From positions 1-64,000 of the forward strand of contig JALDZS010000117.1 of assembly GCA_022813965.1 (NCBI GenBank): 64,000 nucleotides of DNA, in the 5' to 3' direction. The notes beneath the pieces are model-generated. The model made no database searches and had not been told where the DNA came from. It was given only the letters and a program-made list of their open reading frames with translations. Shown here piece by piece: positions 39,019 through 51,622 of this stretch. Both the position numbers and the translations under genes were made by a program. Position 1 is the stretch's first letter, and each line of letters starts with the position of its first letter. The DNA comes from Toensbergia leucococca (taxonomy: Eukaryota).

Positions 39019-42000
39019 TCACCTCCCCCCTTCCCTTCCCCACCTCCTCTCCCCCGCCGGCACTGCCCAGGGGTCTTTATGTCCTTCCCCCATGATAACC
39101 GCAGTGCGCCACTCCACACTACGTTGAGCGAGTTCCTCAACCGAGGGGTCTTCCTTGAAATCCGGATATCCATCCTGCTCGCCGCCCTCTCGGTTCTGTG
39201 GCCGCAAAAATTGTGAGTGCAAGATCGAAGCAACTTGAGAGTAGCTGAGTGGGCTCTTCGGGGTTCCTGAAGCGCTGCCGCTGTCACCGTCGTTCTCTTT
39301 GTTGGAGCTGCTGGGATTGGCGGTTACAATCTGGGGTGGTCTTCTTGGTAAGTCTGTCTTGGAGGACTTTGGGCTCGAGAGTGTTGCTTGCATTGCTGGC
39401 GCTCTTCGAGGGCTGTGAGATGGTGTCACGTTGGCCTCACCGACTGTTGGCCTCGCGGGAGTAGCTGTAGGGTTGAGATTCATGAAAGTATCGATGAGTG
39501 CTGACATGCTTCTTTCTCCTTGTAAGGCTGTGTTCTCGGTGTTTGAAGGCGTGGAAAGCATCGCCTCGTGGGCACCTGGCTCAAATTTTTCAATATGTTC
39601 ACTATCACCAAGAGGGAAGGCGTGCTCGCTCGCACTAGTAGGAAAGACGCGTGATACTTTGCCGTCGCTAGGCCCGCTCTTGTCGTCGGTGTCCGAAGGC
39701 GGGGCGTCTGATACCTTGGCAGCCTGCTCGTGCTTCTCGCTAGAATTAGAGGAAGAAGCAAGTGGTGCTTTGCTAGCGTTATGCTCGTCCTTGTCCCCAG
39801 AATCCGACACCGACCTCTCTGACGGGGGCCTAGTGCTGCCATCATCGTATGTTTCCATACATGCGCGGAGCTCGGGGAGGTAATGGGCTTTCTTCTGTGC
39901 ATAGTAGTCGTCCACTAGTTCGCAAAAGGTTGTAATTGGCGCATGGTGATTTTCCTTCATGCCATTAGACTCCTTGGTGTCCTCGCTCTCGACTTTCGCT
40001 TTCGTATCCTTCGGAAGGAGAGTCTCCAGAATTCCACGCCTATTCATGTTTATCAGATTCCCAACTTTCCTAAGCTGGTTTGATCCAAGCTCAATGAAAG
40101 GCTTCGCTATTTCTTCAATGCTTGGCAATTTTGAAGGGGTATCACTGGCCACAGTTCCAAACGGCCTCTCTGTATTGGAGTACATGTTTTCCAGACTTCC
40201 CAGAAAAGCGTCTGCCTTTGATCTGCTGTCCGTATACTCAAATTCCGATGCTTTTTCTTTGCCTTTGGTACCTGCCGCGGCTTGCAAGAAAGAAGTCTCT
40301 GCCTCATGAAGATCGCCGGTCAGCGTCGTACTTGAAGGCTCAGATATGTTTGCGTCCCTAGCTTTCGGAGGTGGAGATGAAACTTTATCGTGTGCTAGTG
40401 AGGAAGTCTTTGTCTCGGGGACGTCGTCGGCCTGCTTCGTACTTGAAAGCCCGGAGACGGTTTTTTCCCTAATCTTGAATGGCGGAAGGAGAACTTCGTC
40501 GTTCGCTAGATATGGAGTCTCTACTTCGGGTAGATTCGCGGTCCGGGGATACTTGCTTTCTGCCATGGGCGGTGGCGCCGGAGCAACATCGGGGAGGACA
40601 GTTTTTCGCTTCTGTTTCTTATTTCCTTTCTTTGATTTCCCCATGGTCTTGTGCTTTGGCTTTGCGGTTTCAGCCAACAATAAAGTCGAGTGTGGTTCTT
40701 TATCCATTCCTTTGGTTTCTTCTTCGATCTGTTTCCCACCCTGAATTTCTTGCTCATGAGTGTCCGAGGTTGCAATATATAGACCTTCTTTCGTGTCAGC
40801 CGTAGGTCCAGAAAGGTTGAAATCACCAGAACTAGATTGTCGTGCCGAAACTAGTCTAGTATTTTCAACTGGTATTAACTTTTCTTCTGGTGGAGAATCT
40901 TGAACATTTGAGTCTGACATGCGCACTTCCGGTTCCAACACTCCGAAAACATTTCCATCACCATGTTCAACCAGATTGAACACTTTCTGTTTCTTCTTGT
41001 GAGTTGCGATAGGAGGTGAAGGCGTCAGTATTGAGCTTGATCTTGGTGGAACCTCTACTTGATGCTGGTGCTTAACATTCAAAGGCGAACGAGGCACCGC
41101 TACCCACTCAACAAGCCTCGTCGTCACAGATGGTTTCTCGATGGACTTGATGAGTACAGGTGATTTCACAATCATAGAAGGTTTTGTCGAGGCTTCTGAG
41201 GATTGCGCTTGCGCCTGATTCGTAACGACTATCTCCTTCTGCACGGTGTCCAGTACCGACCCTTTTCTGTCTTGCTTGAGCGGATCTGTTGGAGTTGTCG
41301 ACAAATATGGAGATAATTCATTCGCTGATGGTGGCTTTCTCAACGCTTCTGGCGTTGTGATTTTTGATTGTGACAAAGAGCGCTTTGGCTGTTCTTCTCT
41401 CTCGGTTGCCTGCTGCTTCGTGATGATTGGCGGTAGATTCGCGAGATCAGCTACAGCATCACCGTCCTCAACCCTAAGTCCAAGTCTGTTTTTCTCCATT
41501 ATGACATGCTGTTCTTGCGCCAGTGGTACTCGTGCCGGAACTTGGGACCCGTTTCTTGAGCCAGTTTCGGGTTCTTCGGGTTCTTTGGCGGCGCCATCTG
41601 AGAGTTCGGATTGGGAATTAGAGGAGGGTTGTGCAGACATACTTACACTGACAGACGTACTCTCTTCACTGTCAAGGGTAGAGCTGGCGTCAAACCGAGA
41701 GTTTTGATCAACGATCCGCATAGTTTCGTTGTCTATTAATGAAGCCATCGACTTTGATCCCACAACCTGTTGGCCTGCATTGATTTTGTCGACCTGAGAC
41801 TTCACATCTTGAACTATCTGTTTATCTATGCCCTCCAATGTACCATCATCCTCAGCTTTATTGTCAGGTTGAACAAAAGCCTTCCCAGCTATGCCCCACC
41901 CTTGATCGGCAGATGAACATTCGAGAGATTGGTGCTCTAAGGGGAGCTTGTGATCTGATGTGTTGATCTGTAAGATGACTTTGTTAGGTACCACCGGATG

Positions 42001-45000
42001 CTTAGAAGCTTTCTGCAAGCCTCTGAGATTAGTCTGTGGCTTCTGGTCTCCGCCCATCTCGGACGGAGAGATTGCACCTCGCGTTGCTAGCTGCTTCATC
42101 TTGATGGTGCTTTTCTTTGGCTTCTTTTTGGGTGAGCCGTTTGCAACAGCACTGCTGGTTGGCACGTGTTTTTGGACATGGCCTTGCTGTGGATGTCGTT
42201 GTGACTTGACCGGGCTGATGAAATCTCCTAGAGCAACAGGCTTAGCCTCAAGTCCGGTGGGTTTGTGAAGTCTATCATCTGCCGGACTCTTTGCAACGGT
42301 AGCCTGGTGCTGATTAGCACGAGTCTTAGGTGTGGCTGGCAAACCAGGGTGGCTTGGACTAACGGTGTCCCGTTCCACATCTAGGTCGAGAGCCTTGAGA
42401 TCTTTGCGTATCTTTAGCTGCTGTACATCCGCGAATCGCTCCTTTTGCGGAGAAGCAAGGAGCTTCTTGATGGAGAAGTTTTCCTCGCCTGCCTCAGCAG
42501 ACTTGTCAATATATTGTGCTTCATTAGCATACGGGTCTGTGATTGCTGATGAGTCAGAAGGGGCACGGCTCTCCTGCTTCGAGATTACTTGTCGGCTGAT
42601 CTTCCCTTGATGGCTGCTCTGCGAAACTTTGCGCTGAGCATTGGGATTGGCACTGATTAAAGAACTGTCCGAGGTGCTTCTAGTGCGCCCCTTTGCAGTA
42701 TCGGAACTGCCATTCAAGAGTGCATTCTGCCCATATTGCGGGAATTCTTTACGAGATCTCGTCTCTGTATCGAACTTTTTCAAGGCGGGTCGAACAATTA
42801 GGCAGGCACCTCCAATTTCTTCAAGGATTCTTCCATCTAGGTATTTCATAGCAGCTTCAGCATCGATTGCTTTGTCGAAACTACAAGCCACGACGTCAGT
42901 GTATCTCTCTAGACAAGGACTTATTGGAGTAACGCACCTTATAAAGGCAAACTGGAAACGCTGTACCTGTACTTTCGATTGGCAGATATTGATATTACTT
43001 ATTGGTCCCCAACAGCGAAAAATCTTATCCAACATGTCTTTTTGAACTCCCATCGGCACATTTCCAATCCAAAGGTCGCGATTTCCCTCTTCAGACAAAC
43101 GGTGATGCCCTTGGGGTTCTCGAAAAAGTGGTGCTGTTACAACTTGTGTTGGGGCTGCAACTGCCTGTTGTATCGTCGGCACCACTCCATTCAGAATCTG
43201 CGAGAGTTGGAGTGATTGCTGATTCTGGGGATACTGCCCTGTCATCGGAACAGAGGGACTCTGCGTTCGTATAGGAGTAGGACTTGAAAGTTTCGGATTC
43301 TCATCCACCGGCCGCGTTCCCTCAACACTCGCTTGGTGGAGAGCCTCCTGAACTCCCTGAGTGACAGGCGCACTTGCAGGTTTGCTAATCTGGATGTCAA
43401 GATTCATAGGCTCGATATTTGGCGGATTGTTCTCCCTTAGACTCATGGTCCCTCGTGCGAGGTTATTCGGGCTAGGTTGAGGAAGCCTCTTGTCCTTATT
43501 GCGATACTTATAGTCATTAGAGTAGCTGCGTTCACCACCTACCAAAGAGTCAGCGGCAACTTGCGCATTTTGAATATAGATCGAGTTATCCCAATGATTA
43601 CCAGGTTGAAGGAAATTTGTGTGTCTCGAGCTCTGATGTGTATCTTGTGGCAAGTAGAGAGGCGCTCCGTCATGATTCCACGCTTCTCGATGTCCCAGTA
43701 CACGAGCATCGTTTGAAAAGTTCATACGAGCTGGCTTTTTGACCACACTAGCATGTTTTCGAGGCTGATTATGCATCTGCGCACTTCCGATGTACTGCTG
43801 GGCATATCCACGTTGGTTATCACGATGGATTTGCTGAATCTGCGACTGAAAGTAAAGAGGCGATTGCACTGGCTCAATTACATGATACGGTGTTTGTCCG
43901 CTATATTCTGCGCGTGGAATAGCAGCTTCATGAGGCATGGTGCTGGTTCCTGCAGCATAGAGATGCGCATCAACGTCCATGGCATGTGTTTGTTGTGGAT
44001 TGAGGACAGCGTATCCAGGAGGAGCTGAGTTCGACGTATATGTGGGGCCATTGTTTGACGCATATGGAGAGCCATGGTTCGGCGGATACGGAGGACCATG
44101 GTTCAATACATATGGCACGCTATTGTTCGACGAATACGCGGCTCCAGAGTTCCGCTGATACGTATTATCAATTGGCCTTGGCCCCAAGTTACGAAATGCC
44201 AAAGACGAGCCTCTCGGACGTTTATACTCAGGTCTATCAAAATTATGGTTCTTTTGATGTACTGAACTTTGCGGCTGGGCGCGTCGAATTTCTTGTCGAA
44301 GTAAAGCGAGTTCCCCTTCCTGAGGCAATCGAGGCTGCATGCTTCGTGGTATAGAAACCGCCAAGTGTCTCTGAGCTTCATTCTCTCCATGATAGTCCTC
44401 TGCACGATGGTAGCCATATAAGCCTTGGCTCTCGGGATCACTGAGGTAGTCACGGGTCGGAACCTGATCCTGCGCATACTCGATAGTGGAGTCTATGTTG
44501 TCTGAAGCAGGCCGACGAGTTTGAGATACTCTAGCATCTTGTATAGGCAATGGTACTGGCGATTGCAGCTTTGGTTCGTCCATTGCCTTGTCATCTGACA
44601 ATTCGAGTTTTGCAACTTCTGTAGCAGCCTCACGAGCTCCGATATCCAGTGATGTCTCACCAGTAACTCTCGATATCTGATGGGCAATTGCTGTACATGG
44701 CCTAGATTAGCAAAGCCTCTCGAACAGACTGTGGAACTCGTACCTTGCGGGGGTATCGTCAGCCTTAAAAGTTTAAGTTGCGTGAATGCTTCATCCAACA
44801 CATTGCCTTCATGTTTAGTCCTCTCTTCTTCCGTGAAGATGTCCCGTGTCTCTGGAGTAATGCTGAGAAAGCGTTTGAGATGTGTGTCTTTCCAATGGTC
44901 TACAAACCCACGGACATACGCTGCTCGCAAGGTGTTGCTATTGGCGATGGTTATAAGTACATGTTCAAGAAACGCCTTCCCATGGAGCTGGACATCGTAG

Positions 45001-45257
45001 TGGTCCCAGTACTGGTAGACATTGTAGATTGGAGCAGTGATGACTCTACACTGCTGAGGGAATCTCCGCTGCAAATCCAATATCATGTTTTCTGCGTCTT
45101 GTTCCGGATGAGATCTAAGAATAATTGGCGACAGTGGAAGCCTTGCCTCGCGAGGCCTAAATTGTCCAAGATGTGTGGAAAACATGGCTTCTCCAACATC
45201 GAGCAGCGCCTTCAAATCAAGATGATGTTCTGGGCCAGCCATGGCGGTCGTGTCCAT
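39019..45257 (-). CDS. ~2000-aa mostly low-complexity protein with one central RRM (introns 44691-44743 and 42881-42937)
   Basis: ORF 44493-45257 joins the 1860-aa ORF via GTACGA..GCTAAT..CAG. RRM reads DLWIGNVPMGVQKDMLDKIFRCWGPISNINI..FQFAFIS|FDKAIDAEAAMKYLDG once a 57-nt in-frame intron is removed. Confidence 0.75.
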
Positions 45258-46149
45258 GGCGCAGTGCTCACCTGGCCAAGCAGATGTACTGGTGGTGAGG
45301 CTTTCCAGTGCGTGAATGAGACCAAGTCAAGAACTTGGATAAATAGGTGTCGGGCTTGTGGTGCACGTTGTGTTGCTGAACAACTAGGTAATTGAATAAG
45401 AGTAGGATCAGACGAAAGCCAAGGTGGAAGGTGCCAGCTGCTTGTAAATAAGCTCAATGGAGCCCAATAGCTGTCGCTGGAAGGAGTGACGATTGAAGAC
45501 GCAACGGGTTGAGAAGGTACGGAATAAATCTTCAAGTCTTGAGTTGTGCGGGTCAGGAACGGAATATGCTGAGGAGCTCGCTACTGGCTGAGCCCTAAAT
45601 CAAGACGGCCATGTTTGAAGGGATGGCAATCGAGTCAAAGGAAAGAGCAAGAAGATTCTTATATCCTCATACGTGAGGATCGTGTGTTGAATCCTCTACC
45701 TGTTGATGATTTCCTTAATCTTCACTTGTTTTGGAACTATGTGTTGACTGAGGAGACATTAATGAAAATACAACATTTCCGACCAAGGCTCGCAATTCAC
45801 TAGCGACACCAGCATTGCAAAATTATTCAACATTGATTAATGCTTCAGGTGAGACTAGAAGTATGTCGATGGCGATCACCTTCAAATGTTAGTCATGCTA
45901 AGGCTGCCACTCTCATCACTAAAAGAAATAGGTTCTGCTGAAAGGTATTATAGCAGACATAAACAAGCACAACTGTACCTTATTCCGGATGTCACCAAAG
46001 TCCAACTATCAAACTATACATAGAAGATGGTATCACTGGCTGCGCGTGCGCCGCAGTCAAATTAGAATGGGCATTCGTATCGAGCTCTCTAGATGTCAAA
46101 AAAGTGTGGCAAATATCAACCGCTTTATTTGTACACCGAGAGAGATAGC

Positions 46150-46755
46150 CTAGACGTTTGTTTCCTTCGGCAGTTTGCCGATCATCTTAAGAATTTCGGA
46201 TTCATTATCTCCGATGACTGAATCCAGAATTAGTCCCGTGGCCGCTGTCTTCTACCATCATCTATACTCACCAGCCCTTCCATTGTTCCAATCTACGGTC
46301 TGTTATCTTGCTTAGTGAATTATACCTGCCACTTCGTGGGCAGACTCACAACAGGTGCCATGAATTTGCTCCCGTCTTGTGCTAACCTCCTCATGGCATC
46401 ACGTTCGTCCTTTGACCCTTCAACCAGTTCTTTCGCTTTTCGACCTCCAACATACTCTAAGATGCTCCGTAATTGATCACTGGTTGGAGGGTCTTCTGTG
46501 ACATTCAATTCGAATTCGGTCCGCTGCATTTTGTTCTGATGTGAGTGATCAGAAGCTTGATCTTCGGTAGCTGTTTCAGAGGCATGGGCGGAAGCTTGTT
46601 TGAGGATGGTGAGAACTCGAATAGAAGCGGGTAAAGAGGGCCGATGGAAAAGAGTTATAACATCGAGAGTCTTTTTCTAAGCGGAAGAAATCGTAGTCAG
46701 TAGCTGTAGGGTTAATGACAAATTTTTGGAGAGCATAACTTACAAAGCTGAACAT
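46150..46755 (-). CDS. FMP46: Thioredoxin-fold DUF1687/Fmp46-like mitochondrial redox protein (4 exons; introns 46677-46743, 46300-46349, 46218-46271)
   Basis: MFSF|KKTLDVITLFHRPSLPASIRV..FELNVTEDPPTSDQLRSILEYVG..FMAPV|TVDWNNGRA|VIGDNESEILKMI; canonical splice sites. Confidence 0.85.
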
Positions 46756-47222
46756 AGTAATACAGGTGATGATTTGCTGTACACTATCTTAAAAGTTGGA
46801 GGTCAGAAGAGGTATCCGTAGAGTTGAGATGATTGAGGTGTGGTTGATATGCTTGGCATTTCACCCGGCTAAAGTTACTTTAGGTGTTTAGGTATCCAAG
46901 GCCCCTAGAGTGCATCACGTCCAACGATTGGGATCACTTTCGAGATCTAGAGCTATATTCATGGACTTTTCATTGCCAGCAACTTTCAGACCTTTCGAAA
47001 TACAAGTATGGCTCTACGCAAACTTCAGAGAGAATTCTCAAACTCTCGAAATATGAAGCAGAAAGCTCTATTTGGAACGACAGTAGAACTATCGGCCAGC
47101 TTCGGATGCAAACACTCGACGGCAAGCTCTCCACCAGATGCTGCATCACTAAGCTTCTATGATATCAGTTTGACACAAAAAAACAGGTTCAACAGGCGAG
47201 TGCTCTCTTCCCTGCGGAAGAT

Positions 47223-47996
47223 CTAGAGCTTTGCAAGCACGGCGTCGGCTCCAGAAACCTGATCGCCTTTTAGCTTGTATTCTCAGACAAGTCATCAACG
47301 GCAAGTATAAACTCACGGAAACCTCGCCAGGAGTTGACTCCTTTTCAGCGTACAGGATTTTACCATGGTCGATTATCAGAGCATATCTTCCCGTTCGCTC
47401 CCCTGCTGTCCAACCGATGGTTTTTGAGAAATTCACTCCAGTATCTGTCATGAAGAGCTAAATTAAGGATACTGTCAGTTTTTAACTGGGACTTGTTTCA
47501 AGGCAGTGAGCTACTTACAAGATCGTCGCCCTTAATGCCATTGGCCTTCCCCCAAGCACTCATAACCCAAGCATCGTTGTAGGCCAGAGCAATTACTAGG
47601 TCGACACCCTTGGATTTGATTTTGGACACATTGTCTATGAAGCCAGGGAGATGGCGGGCTGAGCAGCCTGGTGTGAATGCACCTAGCGATTGACGACAAC
47701 GTCAGCTCATTGAGAAAATAAAAATTTATAGGAATCCATGCCGTTATGATCCTGAATGGATCAGCGTACCTGGAACGGCGAAGAGTACGACCTTCTTGCT
47801 TGCAAACTCCTTGCTGGCATCGTAATTTTGAGGGAAACCACAGGATGTGATGGAGGATTTTTCCTCAGTGTATGGGACATAACTATATCAAATCTGTCGT
47901 CAGAAGAGAAACAATACCAGGGTACTCGTGTGGTAAATGGACCTACGAGAAAACAACTCCCTCAGGGAAGGAGTCTCCAGCTTTGAGGCCAGACAT
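47223..47996 (-). CDS. PMP20: Prx5/Ahp1/Pmp20 (Asp f3-like) peroxiredoxin (5 exons; introns 47883-47946, 47683-47769, 47458-47518, 47259-47316)
   Basis: [24 protein letters not shown] active site, [24 protein letters not shown]-terminal [11 protein letters not shown] (PTS1-type AKL). Confidence 0.93.
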
Positions 47997-48223
47997 TATG
48001 GAGAAATATGAGCCAAGTCGAAATGATGCTACAGGGACAAAGATGAGGATTAAGGAAAAGAAAATGGCGTGATAGGTAGTGGTAGTATGGTTGGTGGTAT
48101 TCAATATCCCACTTCACTTCGATCCTTTCAGGATCTACGCTAAAGGTGGGGCAATTCGGGGTGCCTGGACCAATATCATCATTAGAACAAGTGAAATAGC
48201 AATTAGAAGCCCAGTGCTTACTT

Positions 48224-48231
48224 TGACGTCA
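48224..48231. promoter_or_regulatory. CRE/ATF palindrome TGACGTCA in the divergent peroxiredoxin/DUF1348 promoter
   Basis: Perfect 8-bp palindrome about 230 bp upstream of the peroxiredoxin ATG and about 135 bp upstream of the DUF1348 ATG. Function is inferred. Confidence 0.45.
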
Positions 48232-48366
48232 CCAGAACAGTTATGTAGGTAAGGTAATTAGGACTTAGAAAAGAACCATCATAGGTGGTTTTGGCTGACA
48301 TCCCTTCTTTTTCCTCCTCCTCGGGTGTTGACTCCTTCGATTCATACCCCCACTTATTAGCTCATC

Positions 48367-48986
48367 ATGTCTCTCAAACCCCCTTTCACAGCTTCCACTG
48401 CCCAACAGAAGGTTAAACTCGCCCAATCAGTCTGGAATTCCCAGTACAGTATTCATTTCCTTCTAGCTTTTGTCCCCCAATCCCCATCTACAGCCATGTC
48501 AGACTCCTAAGACGCAATAGAATTCCCACAGTCATCTCAAAAGCTTACACCGAAAATTCCATCTGGCGTAACCGTTCCCTCTTCCTCAAAGGCCACGCTG
48601 AAATCATCGAGTTCTTGACGCAAAAGTGGCAGAGAGAAAAGGAGTATCGTCTACGTAAAGAAGTGATTCGGCCCTCTCTTTAAACAATGCGTCAAGTAAG
48701 TCTGTCTTGGCTAAGCTCCCCCTCCACAATGTAGCTCTTTGCCTTTCAGTCAAATTGTATTGCCGTACAATTTTGGTATGAGTATCGAGATGCTCATGAT
48801 GATATGAAGTGGAAAAGGTGCTATGGGCTGGAGGATTGGACGTTTGCTGAAGACGGGCGGATGGAGAAGAGGATGATGAGTGGGAATGATGTCCTGATTG
48901 GAGCGAGCGGGAATGGCAAAGGGAGATGGTTCAAGGAAGGAGTGGAAGCTGTGGATACAGTGAAAATTGGAGAGGAACATTGGTAA
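48367..48986 (+). CDS. DUF1348 (NTF2/SnoaL-like) protein (3 exons; introns 48444-48520 and 48663-48734)
   Basis: LKPPFTASTAQQKVKLAQSVWN..AYTENSIWRNR..FLTQKWQREKEYRLRKE|LFAF..IAVQFWYEY..RCYGLEDWTF..GRMEKRMMSGND. Confidence 0.88.
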
Positions 48987-49175
48987 GATAGATTGGGAGT
49001 TCAGAGGCCACGCTTTGCAGGCCGAGACGGAAGTAGTAAAGTGGAATTTGACAGTCACAAACAATTTAGACTCCACTATAATGCATACATCAAGCCCGCC
49101 CATTTCCCTCCATTTCGACCCCTCAACCCAACTGCCAATAGTCGGGCTCATAACTTGGTATGTGCCGTACTTTTA

Positions 49176-50650
49176 TTACAATTCGTCATTTCCCATAAAT
49201 GGGTCAAGTCTGTCTTTGAGATCCTCCTCGGTAAGCTCCTCACCTTGCCACTGTATATTCATGCCGCCGACTTGTTTTGGTGGGATCAAGACGTTGCTGA
49301 CAACGTGGATGACACCGTCTTTCGCAATGCCATCTTCAATTGTAACGTCAGAAAAGCCATTGATCTTGATGGTGATGATACGGCCGAAGCGTGCAACGTC
49401 GATGCTCAAAGACCGATCGCACAGCAGAGTCGGAAGGTCAACCTGACGAAATGAGGTCAGTACCATATAAGGCAATATGTTATATGAAGATGATTACATG
49501 AAATAATCCTTTAGGAATGGTAGCTTCCTCGACTTTATCAGCCTTATAGTAGGCGTCCGAATATAGGGTTTGGTTAGCCACGACGTGATATTTGAGTAGC
49601 GCCTTAAGATACTTCTGTCCATAACGACTGAACAAGAATCCATTGATCCTCGGGCCAAGTTTTTGAAATGCGAAGTTCGATGGAGCAAAAAGGGTACCTC
49701 CAACATGACTGGTAGTATCATTAAGAGCAGTAATTAATCCGGTTTTTCCCAGACCAAGCTCGAGCGTGCTGAACTCGCCAGGTAGAAAACTGATAATGTC
49801 GACAGTCTTGGGTGGAGGTATCAATATGCTTTCAACACCGTGAATGACGCCATTGGTGCCGAACTGCTTGGACTTAGCCATCCGCTTTGACGATCAAGAA
49901 AGAAATATTTACTATGTCAATGGCAATGATACGGCTGTAGAAATTGACCGTCAGGCCTCTGAGCCCAATGTTGGTGCTCAACCGCTGGGCTTCTCCACCT
50001 AGACTCTCACCTTCCAGCAATGTAGGGATGGTATGGGTTACCAATACTCTGCCTGCTGGGTAAAATTCCGAAGAAATGTGGTAGGTCAGTACCTTCTTTA
50101 GAAACTCTTTCGATGGCTTTGGGGCATGTTCAGGAATCTTCTCAAATGCCTTATCGATGGGAGCAAAAACGGTAAAATTTGCAGTGGTTCCATTAAGAAG
50201 CTCCACAAGGTCGTCGTACTCGCTAATCAGTGCCGCGAGCTTCGTTGTATATTTACTTCCAGCGATCAACTCATATACAGTTTGATTTGGCTTTCCGTAA
50301 TGTCCATGATGTCCATGACGGCCATGCTTCCCAAGATCATTGATGCTAGTATAGGCTGTGTCTAGCCATGATTTGGTGTCGAAGACAGATTCTTCGATTC
50401 TTTGTGAGACAGTATTTCCAGTCTCTGTAGCGATCTCGAAGGCTTCATCAAAGGCATTCTTCGAGCTCTTGACGACTCTCGAGAAAGTGTTCTGGAATTC
50501 ACCGATAAGCTGGTCCTTGGAAGGTAGTCGGTCAAAGACAGAGTCGGCGGGTTTGTGGGATTCAATGGAAAGCTGGCTCATTACCTGCTCGTCAGGAATG
50601 ACGAAGGCAGTAGCGAATGCCACAAGCGGCAGGACGGATGTGATCTTCAT
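49176..50650 (-). CDS. Secreted fasciclin (two FAS1 domains) protein (3 exons; introns 49864-49912 and 49443-49497)
   Basis: Signal-peptide-like MKITSVLPLVAFATAFVIP; FAS1 motifs FTVFAPIDKAF, NGVIHGVESILIPP, TLFAPSNFAF and DGVIHVVSNVLIPP. Confidence 0.9.
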
Positions 50651-51622
50651 GTTGTGATGGAAGATCTAAGTATCGTATTTGGTGATGTGTAAGGTAGTTG
50701 TAACAGAGAAGTTTAACTACCTTACCTTTATGGCATGATTTACGCGCGGCCTGAGGGGTGGCAGCTGCCTGGATAGAATACTCAATGACGACTCCACTTC
50801 ACTGACGGGAAGCAGAGCAGCCGGGCCGAACGTAACTTCACGCGGGAACATTTTTCACGTTATGAGGGGAGCATGGGGAGCTTGGTAATCCTCACATGGT
50901 TTTTGGAAGCACCAAATGTCATCCTTTTACCATCTTTGGTTCGTCAATATATTTCTCCTTGCGGTAAAAGGTCTTGTTAAACATGAGGCTCATGCAAACA
51001 AGAAGAGTGGGCAGGCGACTAAGCCGAGAACTGTACCTAGGTAAGGTAGAATAGTTCTAATGAGCGCAGACCCTGAACAGGGGCTCAAGGGTTCTATGTA
51101 TTTAACCCCGCAGTCACAGGTCTCACACTCACACTCGAGAGCCCACCCACGTAACTCATAGGATTATCTCAACGGCCTTGACTGAATCTTGCAAGTACGA
51201 ATAATTAATGTTCTACGGGGACTCAACTTTCTCGAAAATTCTAAGTCTAATAGAATAGTGGAAATGTACATAATGTTTGAAATCAAAAGTGTGTTATTAG
51301 AGCCTCCCACTACCTCCAATTCATGTGTATCTATCAGAAATCAAACCACATACCGTTGTCGAGTGTGTACCTTTTTCATCCAGTGGAGACATGCATGCAT
51401 GCATGCAGGCTGTGGTCCCGAAGGATCTCCAGGAACAGAGTATGACGATCTTGTGCGGCAATCCGGAAAAAATATGTTTGGTATTGACGTGGGGTACCTT
51501 TCTTGCATTGCCAACTTCACTTCACTTTACATTATCTCCTCTCACACTCGAAGCATTCTACTCTGCTCGTTACTAATCTACCAATTGTCTCCTCAATTTC
51601 ATCGTCTCATAATCCAAACACC

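Noticed and set aside
39249..45395. Plus-strand ORFs of 60-205 aa
   Set aside because: Antisense shadows of the long minus-strand RRM gene.
51388..51407. (CATG)n tract, also near 30266
   Set aside because: Short simple repeat with no evidence of function.
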